NCBI GenBank assembly: GCA_947089095.1
Contig: CAMUJB010000007.1
Location: forward strand, 1-43,786
Source of the DNA: an uncultured Clostridia bacterium
GTDB taxonomy: Bacteria; Bacillota; Clostridia; Lachnospirales; Lachnospiraceae
Length of the DNA stretch: 43,786 nucleotides
Direction: 5' to 3'
Part shown: positions 1 through 9,001 of the stretch, piece after piece
Numbering within the stretch: the stretch's first letter is position 1
Layout: each line of letters opens with the position of its first letter
Notes under the pieces: model-generated
Database searches by the model: none
Seen by the model: only the letters and a program-made list of their open reading frames with translations
Told to the model about the DNA's origin: nothing
Translations under genes and position numbers: made by a program

Positions 1-158
1 TTACGAGGTCGATGAAGCAGGAAGCCCATTGGCTTTAGACAATGGGTAGTTCACCTAGAAAAAGCCATACAACGTGCAAAAGAAAAAGGAATTGTTTTAT
101 AAATATTTTTTTAAGAATGGAATTTTTAACCATTTAATTTTAGAAAGGGGAAAAAATT

Positions 159-476
159 ATGCCATTTATAGACGTAACAGATACTATATTAAATGAAGAG
201 GTAAAAGAATTAGAAGAAATATTGTCAAGAAACGAAAAAGCAAGAGAGGCCTGTATTCAATTTGAAGCAGAGTGCAAATTAAGAAAAGAACTAGCAGAAG
301 CTAGGAAAGAGAAAAATATAACACAAAAAGAACTGCAAAAACGTACCGGATTAACGCAACAAATGATTAGTAGAATAGAAAAGGATCAGGAAATAAGTCC
401 TAGTTTGAAAAATTTGATTAAATATGTAAATGCGATTGGATATGAATTAACGATACGTCCCGTTAAAAAGAAATAA
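159..476 (+). CDS. XRE-family helix-turn-helix DNA-binding protein (antitoxin-like small regulator)
   Basis: C-terminal half carries a classic HTH_XRE segment ITQKELQKRTGLTQQMISRIEKDQ. The N-terminal half is charged and helical. Purine-rich RBS (aaagggg) lies upstream. Confidence 0.6.
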   Translation: MPFIDVTDTILNEEVKELEEILSRNEKAREACIQFEAECKLRKELAEARKEKNITQKELQKRTGLTQQMISRIEKDQEISPSLKNLIKYVNAIGYELTIRPVKKK

Positions 477-639
477 ATATTAATAAAATAAATTTTCTTG
501 CTAATAATTTTTACCTGAAATTTCTTAAGATTGAAAACTATATAGAAAATGTAGATAGAAAGAAATATATAAATTTTTTCAATATTTTTAAGAATAAATC
601 TATAAAAAAGCTGTATATTCACAAAGAATTCGAGTAATG

Positions 640-688
640 GATAAAATCCCGGAAACGCTGATAAAATAAAGGGTTCCGGGATTGCTTT
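640..688. terminator. Stem-loop between convergent genes (HTH gene on +, kinase-like gene on -)
   Basis: aatcccggaaac / ggttccgggatt arms (11 bp, 1 mismatch) around a 15-nt loop, followed by gctttatattt. Confidence 0.4.
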
Positions 689-781
689 ATATTTCAAAAT
701 TTCTCACCAGCCATTTTATTTATCCACTCCGCCAGTAAGAATACCAAAATTTTTCTATTATACTTTTTTAATACTTAATAC

Positions 782-1897
782 CTAAGGCTGCATCAGCTCC
801 GCAACCCGATTCATCATTTCACAATATTCCTCATAAGATTTATATTTTAAAAACAAATCAATATTTTCCTGAACCAACATAGATCTTTGAAAATTTGCAA
901 TATCTCCTCTAATACAATTATATCGATACGTATAATCTAATTTTATCATCCGCAGCGTTTCTGCATAAGATAATCCGGTAGGAAAATATAATCCCTTTGT
1001 TGATTTTCCTTTAAAACAAGAGTCGTGATCAAATAACGGATAAAGCGAATGAGTTTTTCCATTCCAAACCAATGCACCAAAATTGTCCCGATTTCGATCG
1101 GTATTCAATGTAATATAATCCAATATATGCATTTTTAAAAATCCAATTGGATCAATCTGCATATATTTTAAATAAGGCAGACTGTTATAAGTCATAAGAT
1201 TGGTATCATAAAAAGACATCATATCCCGATAGGGAACCAATTCCAAGCTCTCTGATGTCTTGATCTGGCATACCGAACAATCCCTTTCATTTACTCTAGA
1301 ATAAATATATCGACTGCATGGAATATTTAAAAACTTTGCCAAATAATAAACAATAATTTCTGATAAAATTTCCTTAATTTTCTCATATTTTATCAATACA
1401 ATTCCCTTTGATGTGCGAACAAAGCACTTTGCCCGAATCCCTTTACTGGTCAATTCTCCTGTATAAATCTGATCTCCTATTGCATCATTTTGATTAATAT
1501 CCTGCAGATTCCCTGTCAATGCAACATCTGCTATCTTTAATGAGAATTCATTTTTATAGAGATTGACTTTTTCCCATGTCTCTTCCGAATATTTGGAACA
1601 GATCCAGTAATTATCCCGGAAACTTAATGCTCTGCTTAAGATACAGATATTGATATCGCTTTGATCATCAATTCCGCAAGAAACTAAAATTTCCTTACAA
1701 TATTCTCGATTTGTCATTAACATCCGATCCGAACAAAAACTTACAATCATCCCATAATCTCTGCGATTTTTTATAGACAGCGGTATTAATTCACAGTTAA
1801 AAACTTGAACTGTCTTTCTTTTTGTATCAAATTGAAGTACGATTTCATCCTTATATTTTAAAAAATATTCGCTTTCTAAAAATTCTCTGTCTCCCAT
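782..1897 (-). CDS. HipA/CtkA-like kinase-fold protein with a non-canonical catalytic loop; putative toxin-like kinase or pseudokinase
   Basis: Segment MHILDYITLNTDRNRDNFGALV has the HipA_C catalytic-loop pattern (hydrophobic-x-N-T-D-x-H-x-K-N-F-S), but with H replaced by N and K replaced by D. A later LFDHDSCF resembles the Mg-binding Asp region. RBS aaaggtgg sits 5 nt before the ATG. Confidence 0.45.
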   Translation of the reverse strand: MGDREFLESEYFLKYKDEIVLQFDTKRKTVQVFNCELIPLSIKNRRDYGMIVSFCSDRMLMTNREYCKEILVSCGIDDQSDINICILSRALSFRDNYWICSKYSEETWEKVNLYKNEFSLKIADVALTGNLQDINQNDAIGDQIYTGELTSKGIRAKCFVRTSKGIVLIKYEKIKEILSEIIVYYLAKFLNIPCSRYIYSRVNERDCSVCQIKTSESLELVPYRDMMSFYDTNLMTYNSLPYLKYMQIDPIGFLKMHILDYITLNTDRNRDNFGALVWNGKTHSLYPLFDHDSCFKGKSTKGLYFPTGLSYAETLRMIKLDYTYRYNCIRGDIANFQRSMLVQENIDLFLKYKSYEEYCEMMNRVAELMQP

Positions 1898-1926
1898 AAG
1901 CCACCTTTTACTGAATCCTATCTATC

Positions 1927-2175
1927 TTACTTGTTTCCTTGAATCCTATGTCTTCTCTTATACTGCTCCCAATTTCTTATCGCATCCTCTTCTGTCTCAC
2001 CCCCAAATTCTTCATTAATTAAGGTAATCATATAATCCAACATATCCTCCTTAATTCGTGTGGCATTACACTGATTTAAACGTTCTGCCTGTCTGCGTAT
2101 AAATTCTTCATCTGGTAGAGTGTCATCCTCTAAATCGGCTAGAGCATCACACATTTCCAAATCCTGAAATCTCAT
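1927..2175 (-). CDS. Small acidic hypothetical protein (82 aa), co-operonic and upstream of the kinase-like gene
   Basis: Intact ORF rich in D/E with no HTH. A 29-nt gap separates it from the downstream kinase-like gene on the same strand. Confidence 0.4.
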   Translation of the reverse strand: MRFQDLEMCDALADLEDDTLPDEEFIRRQAERLNQCNATRIKEDMLDYMITLINEEFGGETEEDAIRNWEQYKRRHRIQGNK

Positions 2176-2247
2176 CCAATCACCCCATTTTCTATCTATC
2201 TCAATAGCTATCGCCCTTTCTAATATTCCTTTATACTTTTAATCTGA

Positions 2248-2316
2248 AAAAAGGTGCCCTGCCAGCCAATGACAGTATACGATATACTATCCGGTTGGGT
2301 GCACCTTTTTTTTGAT
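2248..2316. terminator. Bidirectional rho-independent terminator separating the NUDIX operon from the kinase-like operon
   Basis: aaaaaggtgccctgccagcc...ggttgggtgcaccttttttttga: a GC stem flanked by an A-run on one side and a T-run on the other. Confidence 0.5.
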
Positions 2317-2329
2317 CTTTTTGTTTTTC

Positions 2330-2842
2330 CTACTCTCTAAAGTCAGAAACAGCAGAACAGTCCTTCTGATCTAATATTTCTTCCTGTGTTGGATAACAAA
2401 TCGCTTCTGTAAGTTTTTCTCCCATATACCGTAATTTTAAAGAAAAATAATTCTGTCTCTCCTCTAAAAGCCGGAAAAATATCCGATCTCCCTCCCAGAG
2501 ATTTAACTGAAATACGTCTTTTTTATTTACCCATGCAAGGGTTCCTTCTGTACATTCTATAGGGGTTCCTTTCCACCGATCTGCAGTAAAAAGATGCATA
2601 TATTCCGTTTCTTGCCCATCCTGAACAAATGTGACCAATCCTCGGTAAAAATACCGGGTTAATGTATAACCGGTTTCTTCCTTTACTTCCCGCAGCATAC
2701 ATTCCTCTGGTGTCTCACCTTCCTGAAATTTTCCTCCAATTCCAATCCATTTCCCCTGATTATTGTCATTGGTCTTTTTATTTCGATACATCATCAGATA
2801 GGTTTCACCTTGCTCTAAATAACATAAAGTTGACAAGTGCAT
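2330..2842 (-). CDS. NUDIX hydrolase (MutT-like)
   Basis: Canonical Nudix box GGKFQEGETPEECMLREVKEETG (G-x5-E-x7-REUxEExGU). Its start codon overlaps the stop of the upstream giant ORF (ATG 15 nt after TAA). Confidence 0.85.
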   Translation of the reverse strand: MHLSTLCYLEQGETYLMMYRNKKTNDNNQGKWIGIGGKFQEGETPEECMLREVKEETGYTLTRYFYRGLVTFVQDGQETEYMHLFTADRWKGTPIECTEGTLAWVNKKDVFQLNLWEGDRIFFRLLEERQNYFSLKLRYMGEKLTEAICYPTQEEILDQKDCSAVSDFRE

Positions 2843-2859
2843 ATCGTTTCTTTCCTTTT

Positions 2860-5800
2860 TTAATTAAAATAACATTTTTTAATTTCACTGGTTGAAATTT
2901 CTTCTAATCCCTGAGCAACTACATACTCTATCATATCAGGCTCTACCGTCCGAATAAATAATAGTGCATCTTCCTTAACATCAATATGAATCTCTTTATA
3001 AAGCACATTTTCAATTGGCATCTGTTCCATCTTAGAATCTGCTATAGGATTGTTGGTATAATAGATACGAACCACTTCTCTTGTAGCCCCTTGGAACGGA
3101 ACCCACTTTTTATACTCAATTTCAGCCGGTGAAAACTTACAGTCAAAATAATGTCTGTGATCTCTTCCTAAATAATAGTGGAAACGGGACTGCTGCAATG
3201 CATCGGTTTCATAATTTTTTTCAATTTTAATTGAACTTCCCGGACGGCTCTTTAACAGTCCATATGCTACTCCTGTTTTTGCATTTGGAACATATTCTTC
3301 TGTATTTTCACTCTCTCCCGTCAGCGGATCAATCAATTCAAAATATGCATTTCCTATTTCATCTGCCATTCTCTTAGATTTGCTGTAATATTCTTCAATC
3401 TTCTTTTGGAACAATTCTTTTACAAATATAGATTTACTGGAATTTCCTGCTAAAAAGATATAAATCTTATTCTCTTCTTTTTTTGTTTTCTCTTTAGATA
3501 AAAACATTTTAATTAAGCATTGGAAGAAACTATCAATTCCTTTTTGAATCCGTTTTTTAATTAATTCTACTAAATCCTGACTGGAAAATTCTAAAATACA
3601 CTGCGGCACAGGTTCTCCATTCATATTGTATAGAGAAACAACAATTCCTTCTTTATCAACTTCATTTTGTGCAGATTCATTGTCTAATTGGTATTTCTTT
3701 CTCCAACCCTGCTCCTGATGCCATAACGGACGCAACTCTTCTTTTAAAATCGACATATTTCTTCTTGCAATCTGAGAATTGATTAATAATGTCTCACTTC
3801 CTGCAAAACTATTCTCTCCAACTGGCAAAGTAAAGGTAATCTTCTTCTCCCGAAATACCTCTAAGTTTTTCTGATATACCTGATAAGCCAGTAATTCCAA
3901 TATATTTTCGCCGCCCAGTGTAACATCCGAATCTGCCCCAAAACATTCTAACACATAGTCATAGGCTTCTCTTTCGTACTCTTCTTCTGTTGCACCTCTG
4001 CAGATTCCAAAATCAAAGTCAGTTGTTCCTCCTCCAAAATCAAAAATTCCATACATAAACTGTTCTGTCTCATCCTTTGGCTCTAGATGACTTTGTTCCA
4101 ACGCTGTTACTGCATATGCTGCCGGCTCGCTGATTCCTAATTTTACCTGGAACCGTTCCATACATTCGGGATCACTCAGTATACTAGAAGGCAGAGATTT
4201 TTTAATTCCTTCATAAAAACTATTGGCTATAAAATCTCTTACATCTTTTGAATATCCAACCGGAAATGTCATTAGATAATTTAAGTAAATACCGTTCCGC
4301 ATATTGTTAATATATAACCCAATATAGTAAGCATACAATTCAATCGGATTGACAATTCCCTCTGTCATCTCAATATGCTCCCCTAAGTAATATTCTTCTT
4401 TTTGCTTATCCTTAATCAGTACACTTCCTTTTTCCCGATTTGCCCACTGTTTTAATTCATTAAAATAGGCATAAAAATCATCCGGCTTACAATTTCGAAA
4501 ATCTTCATAGGCATCATAAGAAACAAAAATATCATTGCAGGAAGTATGCGGTCTGCCAGCTTCTTTTTGATAATCTTCCATAAATTTTTTTACATTTGTA
4601 AATTCAATAATAGTTGGATTTTCGAAATCTTCTTCTTTTACTTCATCACTTAAATTTCCTGTTCCAATTCGAATCGGCACAATCCGGTTCGTAGCATCCT
4701 GACGAACAACGACTGTACTTTTCGTTCCAAAATCAATGCCAACTACACCATTTTTAATATCTAATTTCGGATCTCTTGCAATTAAATTCTCATAACGGAT
4801 TGTCTCACTTTCTGAAAAATTATTCTCTTTTCTGTCTTCCGTCCATTCTAAAGTTTCGGTACCCGATTCTTCACTCTCTTTTCTTGCTTCAAATAATTCC
4901 CAATGTCCTCTGATAATATCAAATAAAATATCTTTATCATATGGTTCTAAACGGCATCTATTTTTATCACAATCTAATAATGTCTGTATTTTTTCCATTT
5001 CTTCGTCTACTTCCCCTTCTCCTTGTATCGCATCTGTTTCTTTTATTTTTTCAATTTCTTCTATATTTTCATTTTCGGCTTTTTCGGTTTCTTTTCGCTC
5101 TTCTGTTTCTTCTGTCTTTTTATTTTCCCTACTTATTATTTTTGTCTCTTCTGCTTTTTCCGTTTTTACCTTCTCTATTTTTTGAATATTTTCTGGTTGC
5201 TGCTGTTCTGCTGCCTTTTCTGGAATTGATTTTAACTGCTTTTGTTGCTCATTAGAACTTTGGTCATTAGAACTTCTTTGCATCTCCTTCTGTTCTGGTA
5301 TTTTATTTTGTAATTCCAACTCCTGCTGATTTTTTAAGTTTTTTGATTCTGCTTTAGAAATTTCTAATTCTATAGATATTTCTGGTTCCGACATCTTAGA
5401 AATTTCAGACATTTCTGATTTATTAACAGATAATAATATCTCTGATTCTTCTAAATTCTCTTGAATTTCTGGCTCTAATACTTCTAATTCTATAGAAATT
5501 GGTTCTTCCTCTACCTCTTCTGCAGCTTCTGATTCTATAGAAATCGGCTCTTCTACTATCTCTTCTGCTTCAAAAGAGATTGGTTCTTCCTCCACCTCTT
5601 CTGCTGCTTCTGATTCTATAGAAATTGGCTCTTCTATTATCTCTTCTGCTTCAAAAGAAATCGGTTCTTCCTCTATCTCTTCTACAGCTTCTGGTTCTAT
5701 AGAAATTGGCTTTTCTACTATCTCTTCTGCTTCAAAAGAAATCGGTTCTTCCTCCACCTCTTCTGCTGCTTCTGATTCTATAGAAATCGGCTCTTCTATT

Positions 5801-7215
5801 ATCTCTTCTGCTTCAAAAGAAATCGGTTCTTCCTCTACCTCTTCTGCTGCTTCTAATTCTATAGAAATCGGCTCTTCTACTATCTCTTCTGCTTCAAAAG
5901 AGATTGGTTCTTCCTCCACCTCTTCTGCTGCTTCTGATTCTATAGAAATCGGCTCTTCTATTATCTCTTCTGCTTCAAAAGAAATTGGTTCTTCCTCTAT
6001 CTCTTCTGCAACTTCTGATTCTATAGAAATCGGCTCTTCTATTATCTCTTCTGCTTCAAAAGAAATTGGTTCTTCCTCTATCTCTTCTGCAACTTCTGAT
6101 TCTATAGAAATCGGCTCTTCTATTATCTCTTCTGCTTCAAAAGAAATTGGTTCTTCCTCTACCTCTTCTGCAATTTCTGGTTCTATAGAAATTGGCTCTT
6201 CCTCTATCTCTTCTGCAGCTTCTGGTTCTATAGAAATCGGTTCTTCCTCTACCTCTTCTGCAACTTCTGATTCTATAGAAATTGGTTCTTCCTCTATCTC
6301 TTCTGCAACTTCTGATTCTATAGAAATTGGCTCTTCCTCTATCTCTTCTGCTGCTTCTGGTTCTATAGAAATCGGTTTTTCCTCTACCTCTTCTGCTGCT
6401 TCTGATTCTATAGAAATCGGCTCTTCTACTATCTCTTCTGCAGGTGCTTGATATAATGAAGATAATTTCGATGTTCTAACTGTTTCTTCCTTCATTAATT
6501 GTTCCGTCTCTTCTAGAACAAGTTCTTTCTTATCCTCCTTTTCCACTATTTCATCCATTTTATTTCTTTGTAAAATAAAATCTTCAAAATCAATATTATG
6601 AAAATTATTACTTAAAAATTGCATCATTTTCCAACTGTCTTTTGAGGTATACAATGCAGATGGCGTTAGACCCATCTTTGCCCAAAGATAGATATCATAA
6701 TTCCAGGATTCTATATCTTTTCTTTTATATTTTTCTTCTACACGATAGATCTGCAAAATTGTTCCCTCTTCATTCTTCTGAAGACGGCGTATTTTTCTAC
6801 GTTCCTCATCATAAACCATGCCATTTTTTAAAAAAATCTTTTTCTTTCGGCATCTTTCTCCAAGTCCGGCAGCTCCAAATGTCTTTGGCATATTAGAAAT
6901 AGGCAGATAAGGAATAATCTGTTCTGCTTCCTCTTCTTTTAAATAATCCCAGACAATCCGCCCAGAATTTATCAAAATCGGACTTCTTTCCGGTCTTTTG
7001 TCTATCCGATAACTATTCTCTAGATACTTTTGTTCCATCGGAATAAAAATGTCTGTAGCCCTATGCTGATACCAGGTTCCTTCCAAACTGACTAATCGAA
7101 TAAATCCATTTACCCAATTACTTGGCGATTCAAAGATCGTGCGAATGTTGGCTTCCATATGGCAGCATTTTTCCCATATCTCTTTTTTCTCCAAGATACT
7201 CCATTTTTTCTCCAT
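2860..7215 (-). CDS. Giant 1451-aa multidomain protein: unknown N-terminal domain, acidic tandem-repeat linker, K/E/Q-rich low-complexity segment, Hsp70/actin-fold ATPase domain, and an unknown C-terminal domain
   Basis: Three Hsp70 NBD motifs are recognisable: VVGIDFGTKSTVV (phosphate-1, compare DnaK GIDLGTTNS), FDFGGGTTDFDFGI (phosphate-2, compare DLGGGTFD), and IFLAGNSSKSIFVKELF (adenosine motif, compare LVGGSTRIP). SD gaggtag precedes the ATG, and the stop TAG of the upstream gene lies inside this SD. Confidence 0.75.
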   Translation of the reverse strand: MEKKWSILEKKEIWEKCCHMEANIRTIFESPSNWVNGFIRLVSLEGTWYQHRATDIFIPMEQKYLENSYRIDKRPERSPILINSGRIVWDYLKEEEAEQIIPYLPISNMPKTFGAAGLGERCRKKKIFLKNGMVYDEERRKIRRLQKNEEGTILQIYRVEEKYKRKDIESWNYDIYLWAKMGLTPSALYTSKDSWKMMQFLSNNFHNIDFEDFILQRNKMDEIVEKEDKKELVLEETEQLMKEETVRTSKLSSLYQAPAEEIVEEPISIESEAAEEVEEKPISIEPEAAEEIEEEPISIESEVAEEIEEEPISIESEVAEEVEEEPISIEPEAAEEIEEEPISIEPEIAEEVEEEPISFEAEEIIEEPISIESEVAEEIEEEPISFEAEEIIEEPISIESEVAEEIEEEPISFEAEEIIEEPISIESEAAEEVEEEPISFEAEEIVEEPISIELEAAEEVEEEPISFEAEEIIEEPISIESEAAEEVEEEPISFEAEEIVEKPISIEPEAVEEIEEEPISFEAEEIIEEPISIESEAAEEVEEEPISFEAEEIVEEPISIESEAAEEVEEEPISIELEVLEPEIQENLEESEILLSVNKSEMSEISKMSEPEISIELEISKAESKNLKNQQELELQNKIPEQKEMQRSSNDQSSNEQQKQLKSIPEKAAEQQQPENIQKIEKVKTEKAEETKIISRENKKTEETEERKETEKAENENIEEIEKIKETDAIQGEGEVDEEMEKIQTLLDCDKNRCRLEPYDKDILFDIIRGHWELFEARKESEESGTETLEWTEDRKENNFSESETIRYENLIARDPKLDIKNGVVGIDFGTKSTVVVRQDATNRIVPIRIGTGNLSDEVKEEDFENPTIIEFTNVKKFMEDYQKEAGRPHTSCNDIFVSYDAYEDFRNCKPDDFYAYFNELKQWANREKGSVLIKDKQKEEYYLGEHIEMTEGIVNPIELYAYYIGLYINNMRNGIYLNYLMTFPVGYSKDVRDFIANSFYEGIKKSLPSSILSDPECMERFQVKLGISEPAAYAVTALEQSHLEPKDETEQFMYGIFDFGGGTTDFDFGICRGATEEEYEREAYDYVLECFGADSDVTLGGENILELLAYQVYQKNLEVFREKKITFTLPVGENSFAGSETLLINSQIARRNMSILKEELRPLWHQEQGWRKKYQLDNESAQNEVDKEGIVVSLYNMNGEPVPQCILEFSSQDLVELIKKRIQKGIDSFFQCLIKMFLSKEKTKKEENKIYIFLAGNSSKSIFVKELFQKKIEEYYSKSKRMADEIGNAYFELIDPLTGESENTEEYVPNAKTGVAYGLLKSRPGSSIKIEKNYETDALQQSRFHYYLGRDHRHYFDCKFSPAEIEYKKWVPFQGATREVVRIYYTNNPIADSKMEQMPIENVLYKEIHIDVKEDALLFIRTVEPDMIEYVVAQGLEEISTSEIKKCYFN
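5470..6450 (-). repeat. Near-perfect 84-nt (45 + 39 nt) tandem repeats inside the giant ORF, encoding EEPISIESE(A/V)AEE(V/I)EE and EEPISFEAEEI(I/V)E units about 20 times
   Basis: The nucleotide repeats ctcttctgc(t/a)gcttctgattctatagaaat(c/t)ggctcttc are almost identical copy to copy. The protein segment is extremely acidic and disordered-looking. Confidence 0.85.
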
Positions 7216-7220
7216 TTTTT

Positions 7221-8006
7221 CTACCTCACAATCACAATCGGCTTTATCACATCATCTTGTATGCTATATCCATTTAAAAGGACTTCCTGCACCACCCCAT
7301 TTACAATACTCTCCGAAGTTTTGATATATTGCCTCGAATCAAACTCATTACCAATCAGTACCTCTATAATCTCATAACGTTCTTTTCTTATATTGGTAAT
7401 ATTATAAACATTGATACATAAATCAAAGAAATTTGCCAATACTCGAATATTTTCCGTTTTTCTATCTGAATTCATAATTTCATCTTTAATAAAATTCCAT
7501 AATTGCTTAATTCCATTTTTATCTTTTCCTAAAGCAATAAAAGATTTAATATCCCATGAACCACATAAATTTTTTAAATAAGACTTTTGGCTTTTCTCCA
7601 ATTTCGAAATCCCCTGCCAAATCTCACTAATCTCCTCTAATGGTTCAAACTCCTTTTTCTGTTCCTGAAGCTGTTGATACAATTCTTCCTTCGAATGTTG
7701 AATCTCTCTCTTTTCCTTTTCCAAAACCACATTTTCTTTTTCTAATGCAGCATTTTCCTTTTCCAAGACAGCCTTTTCTTTTTCCAATGTCCGATAGTTT
7801 TCATGTAATCTTTCACACTCCAGATGTGCCTCTTCCAACTGATGATAAAGCAGATCCTTTTCTTTTTCCAATGCTTCTATCCTACGTTGAAATTCCCTCT
7901 CCTGTTCCTGATCTTTTTTTACAATTTTCTTAATATCCTCCTGAACCTCCCCATCTTTTAACAACTCACGCAAAATACGTTTTACACTAATTTGTATCTC
8001 ATCCAT
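7221..8006 (-). CDS. Coiled-coil protein (261 aa) with a C-terminal globular domain; first gene of the giant-ATPase operon
   Basis: Residues 30-130 are heptad-like and E/K/L-rich (LEKEKAVLEKENAALEKENVVLEKEKREI). The stop codon lies 5 nt from the next ATG, consistent with translational coupling. Confidence 0.5.
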   Translation of the reverse strand: MDEIQISVKRILRELLKDGEVQEDIKKIVKKDQEQEREFQRRIEALEKEKDLLYHQLEEAHLECERLHENYRTLEKEKAVLEKENAALEKENVVLEKEKREIQHSKEELYQQLQEQKKEFEPLEEISEIWQGISKLEKSQKSYLKNLCGSWDIKSFIALGKDKNGIKQLWNFIKDEIMNSDRKTENIRVLANFFDLCINVYNITNIRKERYEIIEVLIGNEFDSRQYIKTSESIVNGVVQEVLLNGYSIQDDVIKPIVIVR

Positions 8007-8373
8007 TTTCCAATCTCCTATTTTTTATGCTCCGTCACTTCCCACCTAAAATAAATTTTTATATTCCTAAGCGAAATCATAACATCTCAATTATTCTATC
8101 ACACAATTTCCAAATATACAACATAAGAAAAAACATTCTGAGAAGAAAACACATGGTTCTTAATTTCATACCAATTTTTAGTCAATCCATACCAATTTTA
8201 ACCTATCAAGGAAGTAGCAGAGCAGATTCCGAATTTCCTTTGACCAAATAATCAATCTTAAAAAACTCTGAAAGGCAAATTTTACAGTCAAATTTCGATA
8301 AAATAATAGATGACTTTTAACAGAATGTCCTGTAGAATAAAATAAAAATTCAAAATCTAAGGAGTAAAAAATA

Positions 8374-8907
8374 ATGGAAATAAAAACATTTGAAACTTCA
8401 TATTTAAAAGAGACGAAAGCCGCTTTAAAGAGTGCCTTTTTTCACAAAGGCAGTCACGAATTTTTCAATGAATGGGAATTTGCGGAAACAGTTCTGAAAT
8501 CAGACGGATATTTGCCGGAGTTATGTGTAATTGCTTTAGACGGAGAAACGGTGATTGGCTATAACATACTGACTAAAGCTGAAATCGGCGGTCAGCCTGG
8601 GCTGGCTTTGGGACCTTTAGGAGTGCGAAAAGAAGATCAAAATACAGGAGTAGGTTTTGCTCTTGTAAAAGAATGTATAAAAAGAGCCATAGAATTACAG
8701 TATCCTTGGATTGTTCTGCTAGGAGGAGAATACTATTCCCGATTTGGATTTGAGAATGGCAGACTTTATGGAATTACTGTATCAGATAATGAATTTGAGA
8801 ATGACCATTTACAGATTATATTTCTAGATGAATCGGTAAAAAATACGACTTCTGGAAAACTGATATATTGTGATGCATTTTATGATTCGGAAGGAAATTT
8901 ATTATAA
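8374..8907 (+). CDS. GNAT-family N-acetyltransferase
   Basis: Acetyl-CoA binding motif region QNTGVGFALVKECIKRA and an appropriate size of 177 aa. Confidence 0.8.
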   Translation: MEIKTFETSYLKETKAALKSAFFHKGSHEFFNEWEFAETVLKSDGYLPELCVIALDGETVIGYNILTKAEIGGQPGLALGPLGVRKEDQNTGVGFALVKECIKRAIELQYPWIVLLGGEYYSRFGFENGRLYGITVSDNEFENDHLQIIFLDESVKNTTSGKLIYCDAFYDSEGNLL

Positions 8908-8933
8908 AAACTACAGATACCCCCTACCTGACA

Positions 8934-8990
8934 CAAGGAAGTCCCCCCACCTCTTTCGCCTTCACGGCTTCGAAACGGGGGACTTCCTTG
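8934..8990. repeat. Copy A1 of the palindromic repeat family A (caaggaagtcccc ... ggggacttccttg hairpin), in inverted orientation relative to A2
   Basis: Perfect 13-14 bp stem. The internal approx. 30 nt is the reverse complement of the A2 internal segment, with substitutions. It lies between the convergent GNAT and BlaR1-like genes. Confidence 0.6.
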
Positions 8991-9001
8991 ATAGGTTAAA
9001 A

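Noticed and set aside
1-49. Possible 3' end of an upstream toxin-like gene (frame 2, ending YEVDEAGSPLALDNG*) that would pair with the XRE HTH gene as a toxin-antitoxin module
   Set aside because: Only 16 codons are visible, which is too little to assign a family.
386-697. 103-aa minus-strand ORF in an AT-rich spacer
   Set aside because: It overlaps the 3' end of the HTH gene and an intergenic terminator. Its I/F/K/Y-rich composition is typical of AT-rich noise, and it has no RBS.
4941-5255. Plus-strand ORFs (104 aa, 68 aa) rich in F/L/S opposite the giant minus-strand gene
   Set aside because: They are antisense translations of the K/E-rich low-complexity coding segment, with no RBS and a biased composition artefact.
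5470-6450. Possible CRISPR array, given regularly spaced near-identical repeats
   Set aside because: Units are contiguous with no unique spacers and lie inside a long ORF whose translation is a periodic acidic peptide. They are protein-coding tandem repeats.
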